The translations under genes were made by a program, and so were the position numbers. A DNA stretch of 32,000 nucleotides, from positions 1,200,001 through 1,232,000 of the forward strand of contig NZ_AP013028.1 in NCBI RefSeq assembly GCF_000829315.1, written 5' to 3'. How positions within the stretch are numbered: position 1 is the first letter of the stretch; the number at the start of each line of letters is the position of its first letter. This document shows positions 1 through 11,159 of this stretch, one piece after another. A model generated the notes under the pieces. It had not been told where the DNA came from, ran no database searches, and worked only from the letters and a program-made list of their open reading frames with translations. The DNA comes from Wolbachia endosymbiont of Cimex lectularius (GTDB lineage Bacteria; Pseudomonadota; Alphaproteobacteria; Rickettsiales; Anaplasmataceae).

Positions 1-129
1 AATAGATTAGGTCCTTTAATGCACGATCGTATCTATTATGCAGTTGTATGTTGCTACTTGGATAACATCTTTTCGTGCTTGGAATAGAGTTTGCTATAAA
101 ATGAACTACATTAAAGACAGTCATCATAA

Positions 130-2654
<2,525 letters not shown>

Positions 2655-2925
2655 ATTTGTTCATTTTTTAGAAAACATCTATTTAATATCGTAATAGATT
2701 AATAATAAAGTTAAAAGTATATTTACTCAAAGTACAATAAAAAATTATGTATTCTGTGCCTTTACTAGATTTTTCCACCAAAAGTCTAGCGCTTTATTAG
2801 AAAATTAATTGTAAGATTGTAGAAAAGTATTTAGTATTTTATTTTTCTTGACTATACTGCTATAGAGAGATTATTAAATACTAAAATTTAAAGTTACGCA
2901 CTATTTTAAAATTTATGGAGGTTTA

Positions 2926-3408
2926 GTGATGTGGAGTAGGTTGATTGTAATGTGCTGTTTTTGTTTACTGCTTACTGGTGTAAGCTCTTGTCCAAAGAAA
3001 GGAGTGAACACAGCAAATAAAATGAACTCTGTTGTTAAACAGATGAGCGAAAAAAGAGTTTTTTTTGATTATGATAAATCTAATATTGGCGAAGCAGGTG
3101 CAGATGTATTGCTCGATGTAATGGAGGTATTGCAAAATAACCCTGATATGAAGGTTACTGTAATTGGTCATACTGATAATCGTGGTTCTCATGAGTACAA
3201 TGTTGCACTGGGCGAGAGAAGGGCAGATGCGGCTAAGAAATTTATGGTTAGCTGTACACCTTATCTAGAAAATAGAATAAAAACTGCTTCTAGAGGTGAA
3301 ACCGAGCCTTTAGTTTATGTACAGGACGACTCTAAGAATTCCAAGTATGAAAAACAGCATGCTAAAAACCGTAGGGTGGAGTTCTCATTTTCTGAAGCAA
3401 AGAAATAG
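2926..3408 (+). CDS. pal: Peptidoglycan-associated lipoprotein, OmpA-like C-terminal domain
   Basis: Signal/lipobox-like N-terminus (CFCLLLTGVSSCPKK); OmpA_C motif VTVIGHTDNRGSHEYNVALGERRADAAKKFM; GGAGG RBS upstream. Confidence 0.92.
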   Translation: MMWSRLIVMCCFCLLLTGVSSCPKKGVNTANKMNSVVKQMSEKRVFFDYDKSNIGEAGADVLLDVMEVLQNNPDMKVTVIGHTDNRGSHEYNVALGERRADAAKKFMVSCTPYLENRIKTASRGETEPLVYVQDDSKNSKYEKQHAKNRRVEFSFSEAKK

Positions 3409-3428
3409 TTTTTCGCATTAAAACCTAG

Positions 3429-3451
3429 ATCCCAGTGTTAAGCACTGGGAT
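3429..3451. repeat. Palindromic element hairpin (ATCCCAGTG-TTAAG-CACTGGGAT) just downstream of pal
   Basis: Perfect 9-bp stem with 5-nt loop read directly; same stem sequence recurs at 22061-22083 and 30767-30790. Confidence 0.8.
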
Positions 3452-3599
3452 AACTAAAGATAAGGGCACTTGGAATAGTATAAGGACGCTTAGGTTGTAA
3501 GGGGAGGAGGGCACAAAAAAACACAACGCATAGTTGGAATCTAGCAAGTGTTATTTCCTATATAATTGACTTAAGAAAGCAAATTATGCAAGAGACCTA

Positions 3600-4895
3600 A
3601 TGGAATTAGAGTTATTATTTCAAGATGTAATCAAGGGCTTTGCTATCCATAACAATAAAGTTGCAGTTGCAGTGTCAGGTGGTATAGACAGTATAGCTTT
3701 ATTGCATTTAATGATTAATTGGACAAAAAAAAGACAATGTCCTCTTCCTATAGTATTAACAGTAAATCATGCATTGCGTCCAGAGTCTCAGGAGGAAGCC
3801 GAATTTGTTGTAAGTTATGCAAAAGAACTTGGAGTAGAGGAGTCGTTCATATTAAAATGGGAGAAGCAAAATATCAAAGGTAATGTTCAATCACAAGCAC
3901 GAAAAGCACGATATAAGCTACTAACAGAATGGTGTAAAGACAACGATGTTAAGCACCTACTCATTGCTCATCATAAAGATGATCAAGCAGAAACGTTTCT
4001 ACTCAGGCTTGAACGTGGTAGCGGCATAGATGGATTGTCATCTATGGATTGTAAGTCTTTTTTTAATGGTATTTATATACTGAGGCCGTTGTTAAATTTT
4101 AGTCGTAGTGAAATAGAAAAATCTGCAAACTTTCATCGGCTAAGATGGGTTGAAGACAGAAGTAATCAAGATTTGAAATATAGGCGCACGTTATACCGCA
4201 ACCTGCTTAAAGTAAGTGATAATCAGGAGACTTTAATAGGGCGAATATGCCTCACAGCTCTTCACATGAAAAGAGCTGTAAAAGCGTTGATGCACTACAC
4301 GCGTCTTGCGTTTAATGATTGTGTTAATGTTCATGATCTTGGTTACATTGAAATCAAACTAAGTGAATTTCATAAATTGCCTGAGGAAATAGCCTTGAGG
4401 CTTCTTCTCTATTCTATAATGGTAATCAGCAGTAAACATTACAAACCAAGATATAACAATCTTATTGCAACATTTAACCAAATATTGCAAAAGGATAACG
4501 ATCTTCATTGTACGCTTTCTGAGTGTAGAATAAGGAAGTACAAAGAAAGCATATTAGTAATTAGAGAGCCATCAAAAATACAGGAAGTATCCGTAAATTT
4601 GCCACTCAATGGTCCTGTTGAATGGGATAACAGGTTCAGCTGCACAATACTTGGGGATCAGGAGTGTTCAGTAACTATTGCCCCGTTAAAGAAAACACAT
4701 AAGATTCCTACGTTCTTAAAAGATTATAATTGCTGTTCTGAGGTTTTTTACTCTTTACCTGTGGTGCTAAAAGATGAAAAGATACTGGCTTATTCTCATA
4801 TAAATTATGATGAAGAAAATACCCATAACGGTAAGTTTCAATGCATTACTAATAGCATAATAAAACAAAATCTGGTAAACTTAATTGATATTTAG
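3600..4895 (+). CDS. tilS: tRNA(Ile)-lysidine synthase
   Basis: PP-loop motif [15 protein letters not shown]; downstream [27 protein letters not shown] typical of TilS; located immediately upstream of ftsH. Confidence 0.93.
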   Translation: MELELLFQDVIKGFAIHNNKVAVAVSGGIDSIALLHLMINWTKKRQCPLPIVLTVNHALRPESQEEAEFVVSYAKELGVEESFILKWEKQNIKGNVQSQARKARYKLLTEWCKDNDVKHLLIAHHKDDQAETFLLRLERGSGIDGLSSMDCKSFFNGIYILRPLLNFSRSEIEKSANFHRLRWVEDRSNQDLKYRRTLYRNLLKVSDNQETLIGRICLTALHMKRAVKALMHYTRLAFNDCVNVHDLGYIEIKLSEFHKLPEEIALRLLLYSIMVISSKHYKPRYNNLIATFNQILQKDNDLHCTLSECRIRKYKESILVIREPSKIQEVSVNLPLNGPVEWDNRFSCTILGDQECSVTIAPLKKTHKIPTFLKDYNCCSEVFYSLPVVLKDEKILAYSHINYDEENTHNGKFQCITNSIIKQNLVNLIDI

Positions 4896-4907
4896 TCAAA
4901 AATAACA

Positions 4908-6737
4908 ATGAAAAAATTTTTAGAAGGCCTATTGATTTGGTTAGTAATAGTTGTATTTGTTTCGGTTGCTTATATCCAGTTCAGCGGAAATATAGGAAAA
5001 AGTAAAACAACTATACCTTTTTCAGAATTTTTAACTAGGCTGGAAGATAGTGACATAGAAAGTGTTGTCATAAGAAATCAGAACATTGAAGGCAAGTTTA
5101 GAGATGGGTCAAGCTTTAACTCAAGTGGTGTTATATATAGTGACTTAATAAAAAGTTTGCATGACAGAAAAGTGAAATTCTCCTTTTCAACTGGAGATTC
5201 TGCAATGAGCATCATTGGGAGCTTACTTATTCAATGGATCCCAACATTTATCTTTATCGGGTTATTACTGTTCCTTTTAAAACAAACACAAGCAAGAGGC
5301 AACAGAACCATAAGCTTTGGCAAATCAAAAGCTAGGCTCATGACTAGCGGAAAAAAAGTGACATTTGACGATGTTGCTGGAATTGATGAAGCAAAGGAAG
5401 AGTTGGTAGAAATTGTTGATTTTCTTAAACAAAGGCAAAAATTTCAAGTGTTGGGTGGAAAAATACCAAAAGGGTGCCTCTTAATTGGCTCTCCTGGAAC
5501 TGGTAAGACCCTACTTGCTCGTGCGATTGCAGGTGAGGCTAATGTGCCATTTTTTAGCATCTCTGGATCTGATTTTGTCGAAATGTTTGTTGGTGTTGGT
5601 GCAAGCCGTGTACGCGATATGTTCGATCAAGGCAAGAAACACGCTCCGTGTATAATTTTCATAGATGAGATAGACGCAGTGGGTAGGCATCGTGGCATTG
5701 GTCTTGGTGGTGGCAATGATGAAAGAGAACAAACGTTAAATCAGTTATTAGTTGAAATGGATGGTTTTGAGTCTAATGAAGGTGTGATAATAGTTGCTGC
5801 AACCAATCGTCCAGATGTTTTAGATCCAGCTCTGCTTAGACCTGGTCGTTTTGACCGTCAGATCACTATTTCTTTACCTGATATAAATGGGCGTGAAAGG
5901 ATATTAAATACACATATAAAGAAAATATCGATAGCACCAGATGTAAATGTAAAAACAGTTGCAAGAGGAACACCGGGTTTCTCAGGTGCCGATTTAGCAA
6001 ACCTAGTGAATGAATCTGCGCTTATTGCTGCAAGAAGGAACAAGAAAATTGTTACTATGGATGATTTTGAATATGCACGTGATAAAGTGATGATGGGCGT
6101 GGAAAGGCGTTCCTTAATCATGACAGAAGAGGAAAAAAGGCTCACTGCTTACCATGAGGCTGGTCACGCAGTAGTTGCTGTTAATATGCCTGCCTCCGAT
6201 CCGATACACAAAGCAACTATCATTCCAAGGGGTAGAGCCTTAGGTTTAGTTATGAGATTGCCGGAAACAGACAGAGTATCTCATACAAGGGAAAAGATGA
6301 TAGCAGACATAACCGTTGCTATGGGTGGAAGAGTAGCAGAAGAGCTAATTTTTGGTTATGATAAAATCACAAGCGGCGCATCTTCGGATATAAAACAAGC
6401 ATCTGATTTATCACGCGCTATGGTAGCAAAATGGGGGATGAGCGATAAGGTAGGACCGATATATCATAGTCGTGAACAAAACGTGCATGGTTCTGATATA
6501 ATTTCTGAAGACACTCTAAAGCTCATAGATGAGGAAGTAAAACGAGTTGTATCTTCATGCTATGAAAAGGCAAAGGATATCTTGACCAAACGCCGCAAAG
6601 ATCTGGAACTTATCGCTGAAAACCTGCTGGAGTTTGAGACTTTAACAGGAGATGAAATCAAAGATATATTAAGTGGGAAAAAGATTGTGAGAAATGAAAA
6701 CGAAAACAAGGAAAAAGTAAGAAAATCCTCTCTGTGA
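4908..6737 (+). CDS. ftsH: ATP-dependent zinc metalloprotease FtsH
   Basis: N-terminal TM segments, Walker [22 protein letters not shown] region, zinc motif HEAGHAVV. Confidence 0.98.
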   Translation: MKKFLEGLLIWLVIVVFVSVAYIQFSGNIGKSKTTIPFSEFLTRLEDSDIESVVIRNQNIEGKFRDGSSFNSSGVIYSDLIKSLHDRKVKFSFSTGDSAMSIIGSLLIQWIPTFIFIGLLLFLLKQTQARGNRTISFGKSKARLMTSGKKVTFDDVAGIDEAKEELVEIVDFLKQRQKFQVLGGKIPKGCLLIGSPGTGKTLLARAIAGEANVPFFSISGSDFVEMFVGVGASRVRDMFDQGKKHAPCIIFIDEIDAVGRHRGIGLGGGNDEREQTLNQLLVEMDGFESNEGVIIVAATNRPDVLDPALLRPGRFDRQITISLPDINGRERILNTHIKKISIAPDVNVKTVARGTPGFSGADLANLVNESALIAARRNKKIVTMDDFEYARDKVMMGVERRSLIMTEEEKRLTAYHEAGHAVVAVNMPASDPIHKATIIPRGRALGLVMRLPETDRVSHTREKMIADITVAMGGRVAEELIFGYDKITSGASSDIKQASDLSRAMVAKWGMSDKVGPIYHSREQNVHGSDIISEDTLKLIDEEVKRVVSSCYEKAKDILTKRRKDLELIAENLLEFETLTGDEIKDILSGKKIVRNENENKEKVRKSSL

Positions 6738-6946
6738 TTAGATCTGGCCTAGTAAACCTCTCGCATAAAAAACAGCTTTTGGTATATGCGAAAAAACTAC
6801 TTGACAACCTTCGTCGTCACCCTTATAATGATACTGAAGCTATTTGTTTAACTTCCCAATCTGAGCAGGTTAAAATGACAAGAAAACTTGTATTTGGCGT
6901 ACTATTGTTTAATTTTTCGCACTATGTGCACTGCATGTCTTTTTAA
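6734..6946 (+). CDS. Small hypothetical ORF overlapping the ftsH stop codon by 4 bp (GTGA)
   Basis: 70-aa ORF; its C-terminal codons lie inside a dispersed repeat (6911-6998), so it may be spurious or a remnant. Confidence 0.3.
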   Translation: MIRSGLVNLSHKKQLLVYAKKLLDNLRRHPYNDTEAICLTSQSEQVKMTRKLVFGVLLFNFSHYVHCMSF

Positions 6947-6998
6947 AAACTTCGGGTTTTTACCCATACAAGCTGAAACGCGCTTATAAGTCGTTTAA
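6911..6998 (+). repeat. Dispersed intergenic repeat copy (about 88 bp), inverted relative to 17641-17730
   Basis: aatttttcgcactatgtgcactgcatgtctttttaaaaacttcgggtttttacccatacaagctgaaacgcgcttataagtcgtttaa closely matches the reverse complement of 17641-17730. Confidence 0.8.
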
Positions 6999-7006
6999 GA
7001 ACCTGT

Positions 7007-7471
7007 TTAAAATCTTCGTAACAGGAGAGAAATGAAGGAGAGGACTATCATCTGTAAGCTAGTGTTGAGCTTCCGCTCGCAATTTTTCCACAATCGCCTG
7101 CACTTTTCTAACCAGGCAAAAGAGCGTTCAACAACCCATCTTTTTGGCAATACGACGAAAGTGTGTAACTCACTTCGCTTTATTACTTCAACAGTCGCAC
7201 CAATGATAGCTTTTATTTGTGTTGCAAAATTTTCTCCTGTGTAGCCAGCATCAACCAGTATGTTTTTAACTTCAGAGAGGTTTGCTTTAGCATTTTCGAC
7301 CATTTTCACAGCACTGCTACGGTCAGTTGCTTCTGCCGTTGTTACATAAATTGCATGTGGCAAACCTTGTGTATCAACTGCAATATGGCGCTTTATCCCT
7401 GAAATCTTTTTACCTGCATCATAGCCTTTTTTTTTCAGCAGTATCTGCGTTTTTAACGCTTTGAGAATCAA
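7007..7471 (-). CDS. IS5-family transposase, ORF B (catalytic part)
   Basis: KKISGIKRHIAVDTQGLPHAIYVTTAE...VVERSFAWLEKCRRLWKNCERKLNTSLQM, DDE transposase C-terminal region with Y-(2)-R-(3)-E-(6)-K-like signature. Confidence 0.88.
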   Translation of the reverse strand: MILKALKTQILLKKKGYDAGKKISGIKRHIAVDTQGLPHAIYVTTAEATDRSSAVKMVENAKANLSEVKNILVDAGYTGENFATQIKAIIGATVEVIKRSELHTFVVLPKRWVVERSFAWLEKCRRLWKNCERKLNTSLQMIVLSFISLLLRRF

Positions 7472-7482
7472 TTATACAAAAG

Positions 7483-7803
7483 CTAGTTTTCTCTTTCCGA
7501 CCATTGCTGATACGGACCTCTCCAACTAATTTTTTTTAAGACTAATTCCAACAAGCTTGGCTCTTCTCCATTCTTTTTACTCCACACTCGAAAATAGTAA
7601 TATACGCTTTCCCATCTTGGAAAACCCTTTGGTAACATCCTCCACTGACAACCACTTTTTAAGACGTACAACACCCCACAAAATACGTCATACAAATCAA
7701 GTTTTCTTGGTTTTGTTTTCTGCTTGCTACTCTCCAAAATTGGCCTGATTTTTTCAAACTGCTCTTGACTTATATTACTTGGATAACTTTTCTGCATAGA
7801 CAC
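7483..7803 (-). CDS. IS5-family transposase, ORF A (N-terminal part)
   Basis: MSMQKSYPSNISQEQFEKIRPILESSKQK...LKSGCQWRMLPKGFPRWESVYYYF, typical IS5-type helix-turn-helix/DUF4096-like region. Confidence 0.9.
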   Translation of the reverse strand: MSMQKSYPSNISQEQFEKIRPILESSKQKTKPRKLDLYDVFCGVLYVLKSGCQWRMLPKGFPRWESVYYYFRVWSKKNGEEPSLLELVLKKISWRGPYQQWSEREN

Positions 7804-8950
7804 CTCATTATTAATCTATGCTTACTTTACCTCACATTTCCAAGATTTTAAACAGGTTCTAAGGCCTGTTCAAGCAACTTCTTTTGTTTTCTAGGATTGC
7901 CTAAATCAGAGTATCCATCATCCATCCATACTAATAAGTACACAAGATAATCCTTCTCTATTCTCTGTTTTTCTAAAGGTTTTTTTTCTTCTAGCCAAAC
8001 ATCAATATGTGACAGAAATGCTTCTAAATGCGGCAACAGTTGTCGTTTCTTAGCATAATCTTCTAATTTATCACTACCATAAGGAAAGCTTTCTTTTAAT
8101 AGTTGAAAAACGGTTTTTATTTCTTCTGTACTTTTTCCACTTTCCTCTGACTTTAGCCTTGTCACCTCCTGAACCAAGTTGTGCACTAACATGCTATGAT
8201 CTTTTTTGACAGTTAACATAGAATAACTTGACAATATTCCCAATGTTTCGTAGAAAGTTTCTGAGGAAGGATTATTTTCTTGATTATCAGCAAAAATTTC
8301 TAGTAAAAATTGAGGAATAGGACTACTACCTAAGTAAGCACAGGCAGTAAGCCATTTAACTGCCAATGAAGATTCTCTTTTGATTGCTTCTACTGTAATG
8401 TCCCATGTAACGTACACTATTGCTGCAGTCTCTCTATTAGCACCGACTGGAAATGTTTCAAGCAATGTTTTATCAGATAATAAAGCTCGTTTTCTATCAT
8501 TATATAATTTCACATAGTCTGAAATATTTATATATGTTTTCTTTATATAAGCGCTTGCTTGGGCTAAAGCTAGAGGTAAATGACCTAACGTCTTCGCCAA
8601 TGCATCCACTTGAGTTATATTGAGTTTTTTTCCTTTTACTTCTAGTATCTTACGAATGTAGCTCCTTGATTCTTCAGGTCAAAAACATCAACAGAAATAG
8701 TGCTCTGTGGTTGTGGCCAGCCAAAGTTATAACGAGAAGTTAATAATATCTTTCCTCCTTTTGTAGGAAGTAAATCTGCTATATCTTTATAGTTGGGAGC
8801 GTTATCACATATCAGTAGCCATCCGGCACGTTTAGGGTATTCTAGCCAGTACTTAACATGCTTAGCATGATCTTCTTCGAGGACATCTCTTTTAGAACCT
8901 GTTTAAAATCTTGGAAATGTGAGGTAAAGTAAGCATAGATTAATAATGAG

Positions 8951-9271
8951 GTGTCTATGCAGAAAAGTTATCCAAGTAATATAAGTCAAGAGCAGTTTGA
9001 AAAAATCAGGCCAATTTTGGAGAGTAGCAAGCAGAAAACAAAACCAAGAAAACTTGATTTGTATGACGTATTTTGTGGGGTGTTGTACGTCTTAAAAAGT
9101 GGTTGTCAGTGGAGGATGTTACCAAAGGGTTTTCCAAGATGGGAAAGCGTATATTACTATTTTCGAGTGTGGAGTAAAAAGAGTGGAGAAGAGCCAAGCT
9201 TGTTGGAATTAGTCTTAAAAAAAATTAGTTGGAGAGGTCCGTATCAGCAATGGTCGGAAAGAGAAAACTAG
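8951..9271 (+). CDS. IS5-family transposase, ORF A
   Basis: Near-identical to 7483-7803 product (one residue difference N/S). Confidence 0.9.
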   Translation: MSMQKSYPSNISQEQFEKIRPILESSKQKTKPRKLDLYDVFCGVLYVLKSGCQWRMLPKGFPRWESVYYYFRVWSKKSGEEPSLLELVLKKISWRGPYQQWSEREN

Positions 9272-9389
9272 CTTTTGTATAATTGATTCTCAAAGCGTTA
9301 AAAACGCAGATACTGCTGAAAAAAAAGGCTATGATGCAGGTAAAAAGATTTCAGGGATAAAGCGCCATATTGCAGTTGATACACAAGGT

Positions 9390-9746
9390 TTGCCACATGC
9401 AATTTATGTAACAACGGCAGAAGCAACTGACCGTAGCAGTGCTGTGAAAATGGTCGAAAATGCTAAAGCAAACCTCTCTGAAGTTAAAAACATACTGGTT
9501 GATGCTGGCTACACAGGAGAAAATTTTGCAACACAAATAAAAGCTATCATTGGTGCGACTGTTGAAGTAATAAAGCGAAGTGAGTTACACACTTTCGTCG
9601 TATTGCCAAAAAGATGGGTTGTTGAACGCTCTTTTGCCTGGTTAGAAAAGTGCAGGCGATTGTGGAAAAATTGCGAGCGGAAGCTCAACACTAGCTTACA
9701 GATGATAGTCCTCTCCTTCATTTCTCTCCTGTTACGAAGATTTTAA
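9390..9746 (+). CDS. IS5-family transposase, ORF B (true open frame extends upstream to the ORF A overlap)
   Basis: Same catalytic-region protein as copy 1. The frame is open upstream as EKTSFCIIDSQSVKNADTAEKKGYDAGKKISGIKRHIAVDTQGLPHAIY. Confidence 0.85.
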   Translation: MPHAIYVTTAEATDRSSAVKMVENAKANLSEVKNILVDAGYTGENFATQIKAIIGATVEVIKRSELHTFVVLPKRWVVERSFAWLEKCRRLWKNCERKLNTSLQMIVLSFISLLLRRF

Positions 9747-11159
9747 ACAGGTTCTTATAATCATAAATAATGTTTAGTTCACGTCCTAACTTGATGTACT
9801 CGTTAATTAAAGTATTTCTATCTTTTGCATCAAACCAAATTATCCCTTTATATTTTTGGAACTTACTCCAAATAAATTCTAATGCTAATTGTGTTTTACC
9901 TGTTCCACCTAGTCCATGACAAGCAACTAGTGTTGCTGTATCATTAGCGTCCAAACATTCTTCTATTTTATCTAGCAGTACTTCTCTGCCGACAAAGTTA
10001 TAATTTCGAAAAGAGACTTGCCAAAGTTCAGGTAGGCCTTCTTTGGGTTTAAGACTATAAAGATGTTCTATAGCTTCCTTAAAATAATTGTCTTTTCTTG
10101 TTAGATAAGGAACTTTGCTACCCTTTTGTGCCCACCATTTCTCTACCTTGTCATATACACGGACAAAAACCGTGTCAATATCTTCTCCCCTGATATTTTG
10201 TATACATTTCCTATTTCTTTCTTAATAATATCATCTAATTCTGAATGATTAGGTTGATTAACTACAAACCTTAGTCTAAGTAGAAAATCTTCTATTTCAT
10301 CATCACTACCACAACTGAAGTATTTTTTCAGTTCAGTATGATTTTTTATTTTGTAGCACGCTCCTCTTTGACCTTTGCAAGTATTTAAAGTGTTATCATC
10401 TGTTAACGTTGATTCTTCCAGATACTTCTCTAATGTCTCTATGCTGCCTTGCTTTGCTGCACCTTTTTTTAAGTTCACATTAACATTAGTATGAATGGCA
10501 AGTGTGATATCGCTGTTCTGGAACTCAGTGCTTTGCTGAATCTCAGGATAAGATTCAACAAAATATTTGTTTAACCCGAAATCTTCTTTCTGTTGCTTTC
10601 TATCATTTTCATCAATAAACAAATCTTCAAAAGTAATATTCTTCGAAGCGCGATGTGTATTGCAGTGCTTAGCTTGAACCAAGACAATTTTCGATTTATT
10701 TTCCTGATCTTTATATTCAAAAAAAATATCATCAAAGGCTCCAAAACCTTCTATGTTTGATGCCAACCGAAAGTCAATTTTACCACTTAGCCCGTGGAGT
10801 AGATACAGCATTAATAATTTTACTTCGTACTTACGACCTTAATCACCTGTTGATGCGCCAGCTCTTTTCTGAAATGTAGAATTACCAAGTTCTTCAGACT
10901 GTTTATTTTCTACATTCATACCCTGTTAAACCTACCAATAACTTCATTCTATAAAAAATTAAAGATTACCAAACACCTAAAATAATGCAATAGAGTCCTT
11001 ACATGTTGATAGAAGGCCTTCAAGAATAGGAATTGCTGAACAAACTCTTAATTCTTGGTTTAAATAAGACTTTCCAAAGATTTCCCAAATCTAATATGTA
11101 ATTGCTGCAGGCTGCGTTTAGTAATATAATCTCATATTAAATGGACGTTACTTAAGTTT

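Larger units (their letters stand above)
6999..7859 (-). mobile_element. IS5-family insertion sequence, copy 1 (861 bp)
   Basis: Terminal inverted repeats GAACCTGTTTAAAATCTT...AAGATTTTAAACAGGTTC; TAA on both sides (6996-6998 and 7860-7862); two-ORF transposase 7483-7803 and 7007-7471. Confidence 0.95.
8895..9754 (+). mobile_element. IS5-family insertion sequence, copy 2 (860 bp), inserted within the NB-ARC gene
   Basis: Same 18-bp TIRs; 3-bp TSD TTA (8892-8894 and 9755-9757); transposase ORFs at 8951-9271 and through 9746. Confidence 0.96.
7863..10919 (-). pseudogene. Degraded nuclease / NB-ARC / TPR-type STAND ATPase (bacterial NLR-like)
   Basis: Minus-strand conceptual translation from ATG 10917-10919: MNVENKQSEELGNSTFQKRAGASTGD*GRKYEVKLLMLYLLHGLSGKIDFRLASNIEGFGAFDDIFFEYKD...KIVLVQAKH (nuclease-like), then NYNFVGREVLLDKIEE...LVACHGLGGTGKTQLALEF (P-loop), WLLICDNA (Walker B), KILLTSRY, GHLPLALAQ (GLPL motif). 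Lesions: in-frame TAA 10839-10841, frameshift near 10190-10205, IS insertion 8895-9754, frameshift near 8680, 3' truncation at IS copy 1. Confidence 0.85.

Noticed and set aside
5511-6145. Minus-strand ORFs 5511-5732 and 5858-6145
   Set aside because: Antisense to the conserved ftsH AAA+ and peptidase region; no recognisable product.
7032-7402. ORFs antisense to the IS transposase (7032-7244, 7217-7402, and equivalents in copies 2 and 3)
   Set aside because: The same antisense ORFs recur only because the IS copies are near-identical; they carry no independent support.
6999-9754. IS copies 1 and 2 forming a composite transposon carrying the NB-ARC segment
   Set aside because: The two copies do not share an outer target duplication (TAA versus TTA), and the gene clearly continues beyond copy 2. 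Independent insertions are simpler.
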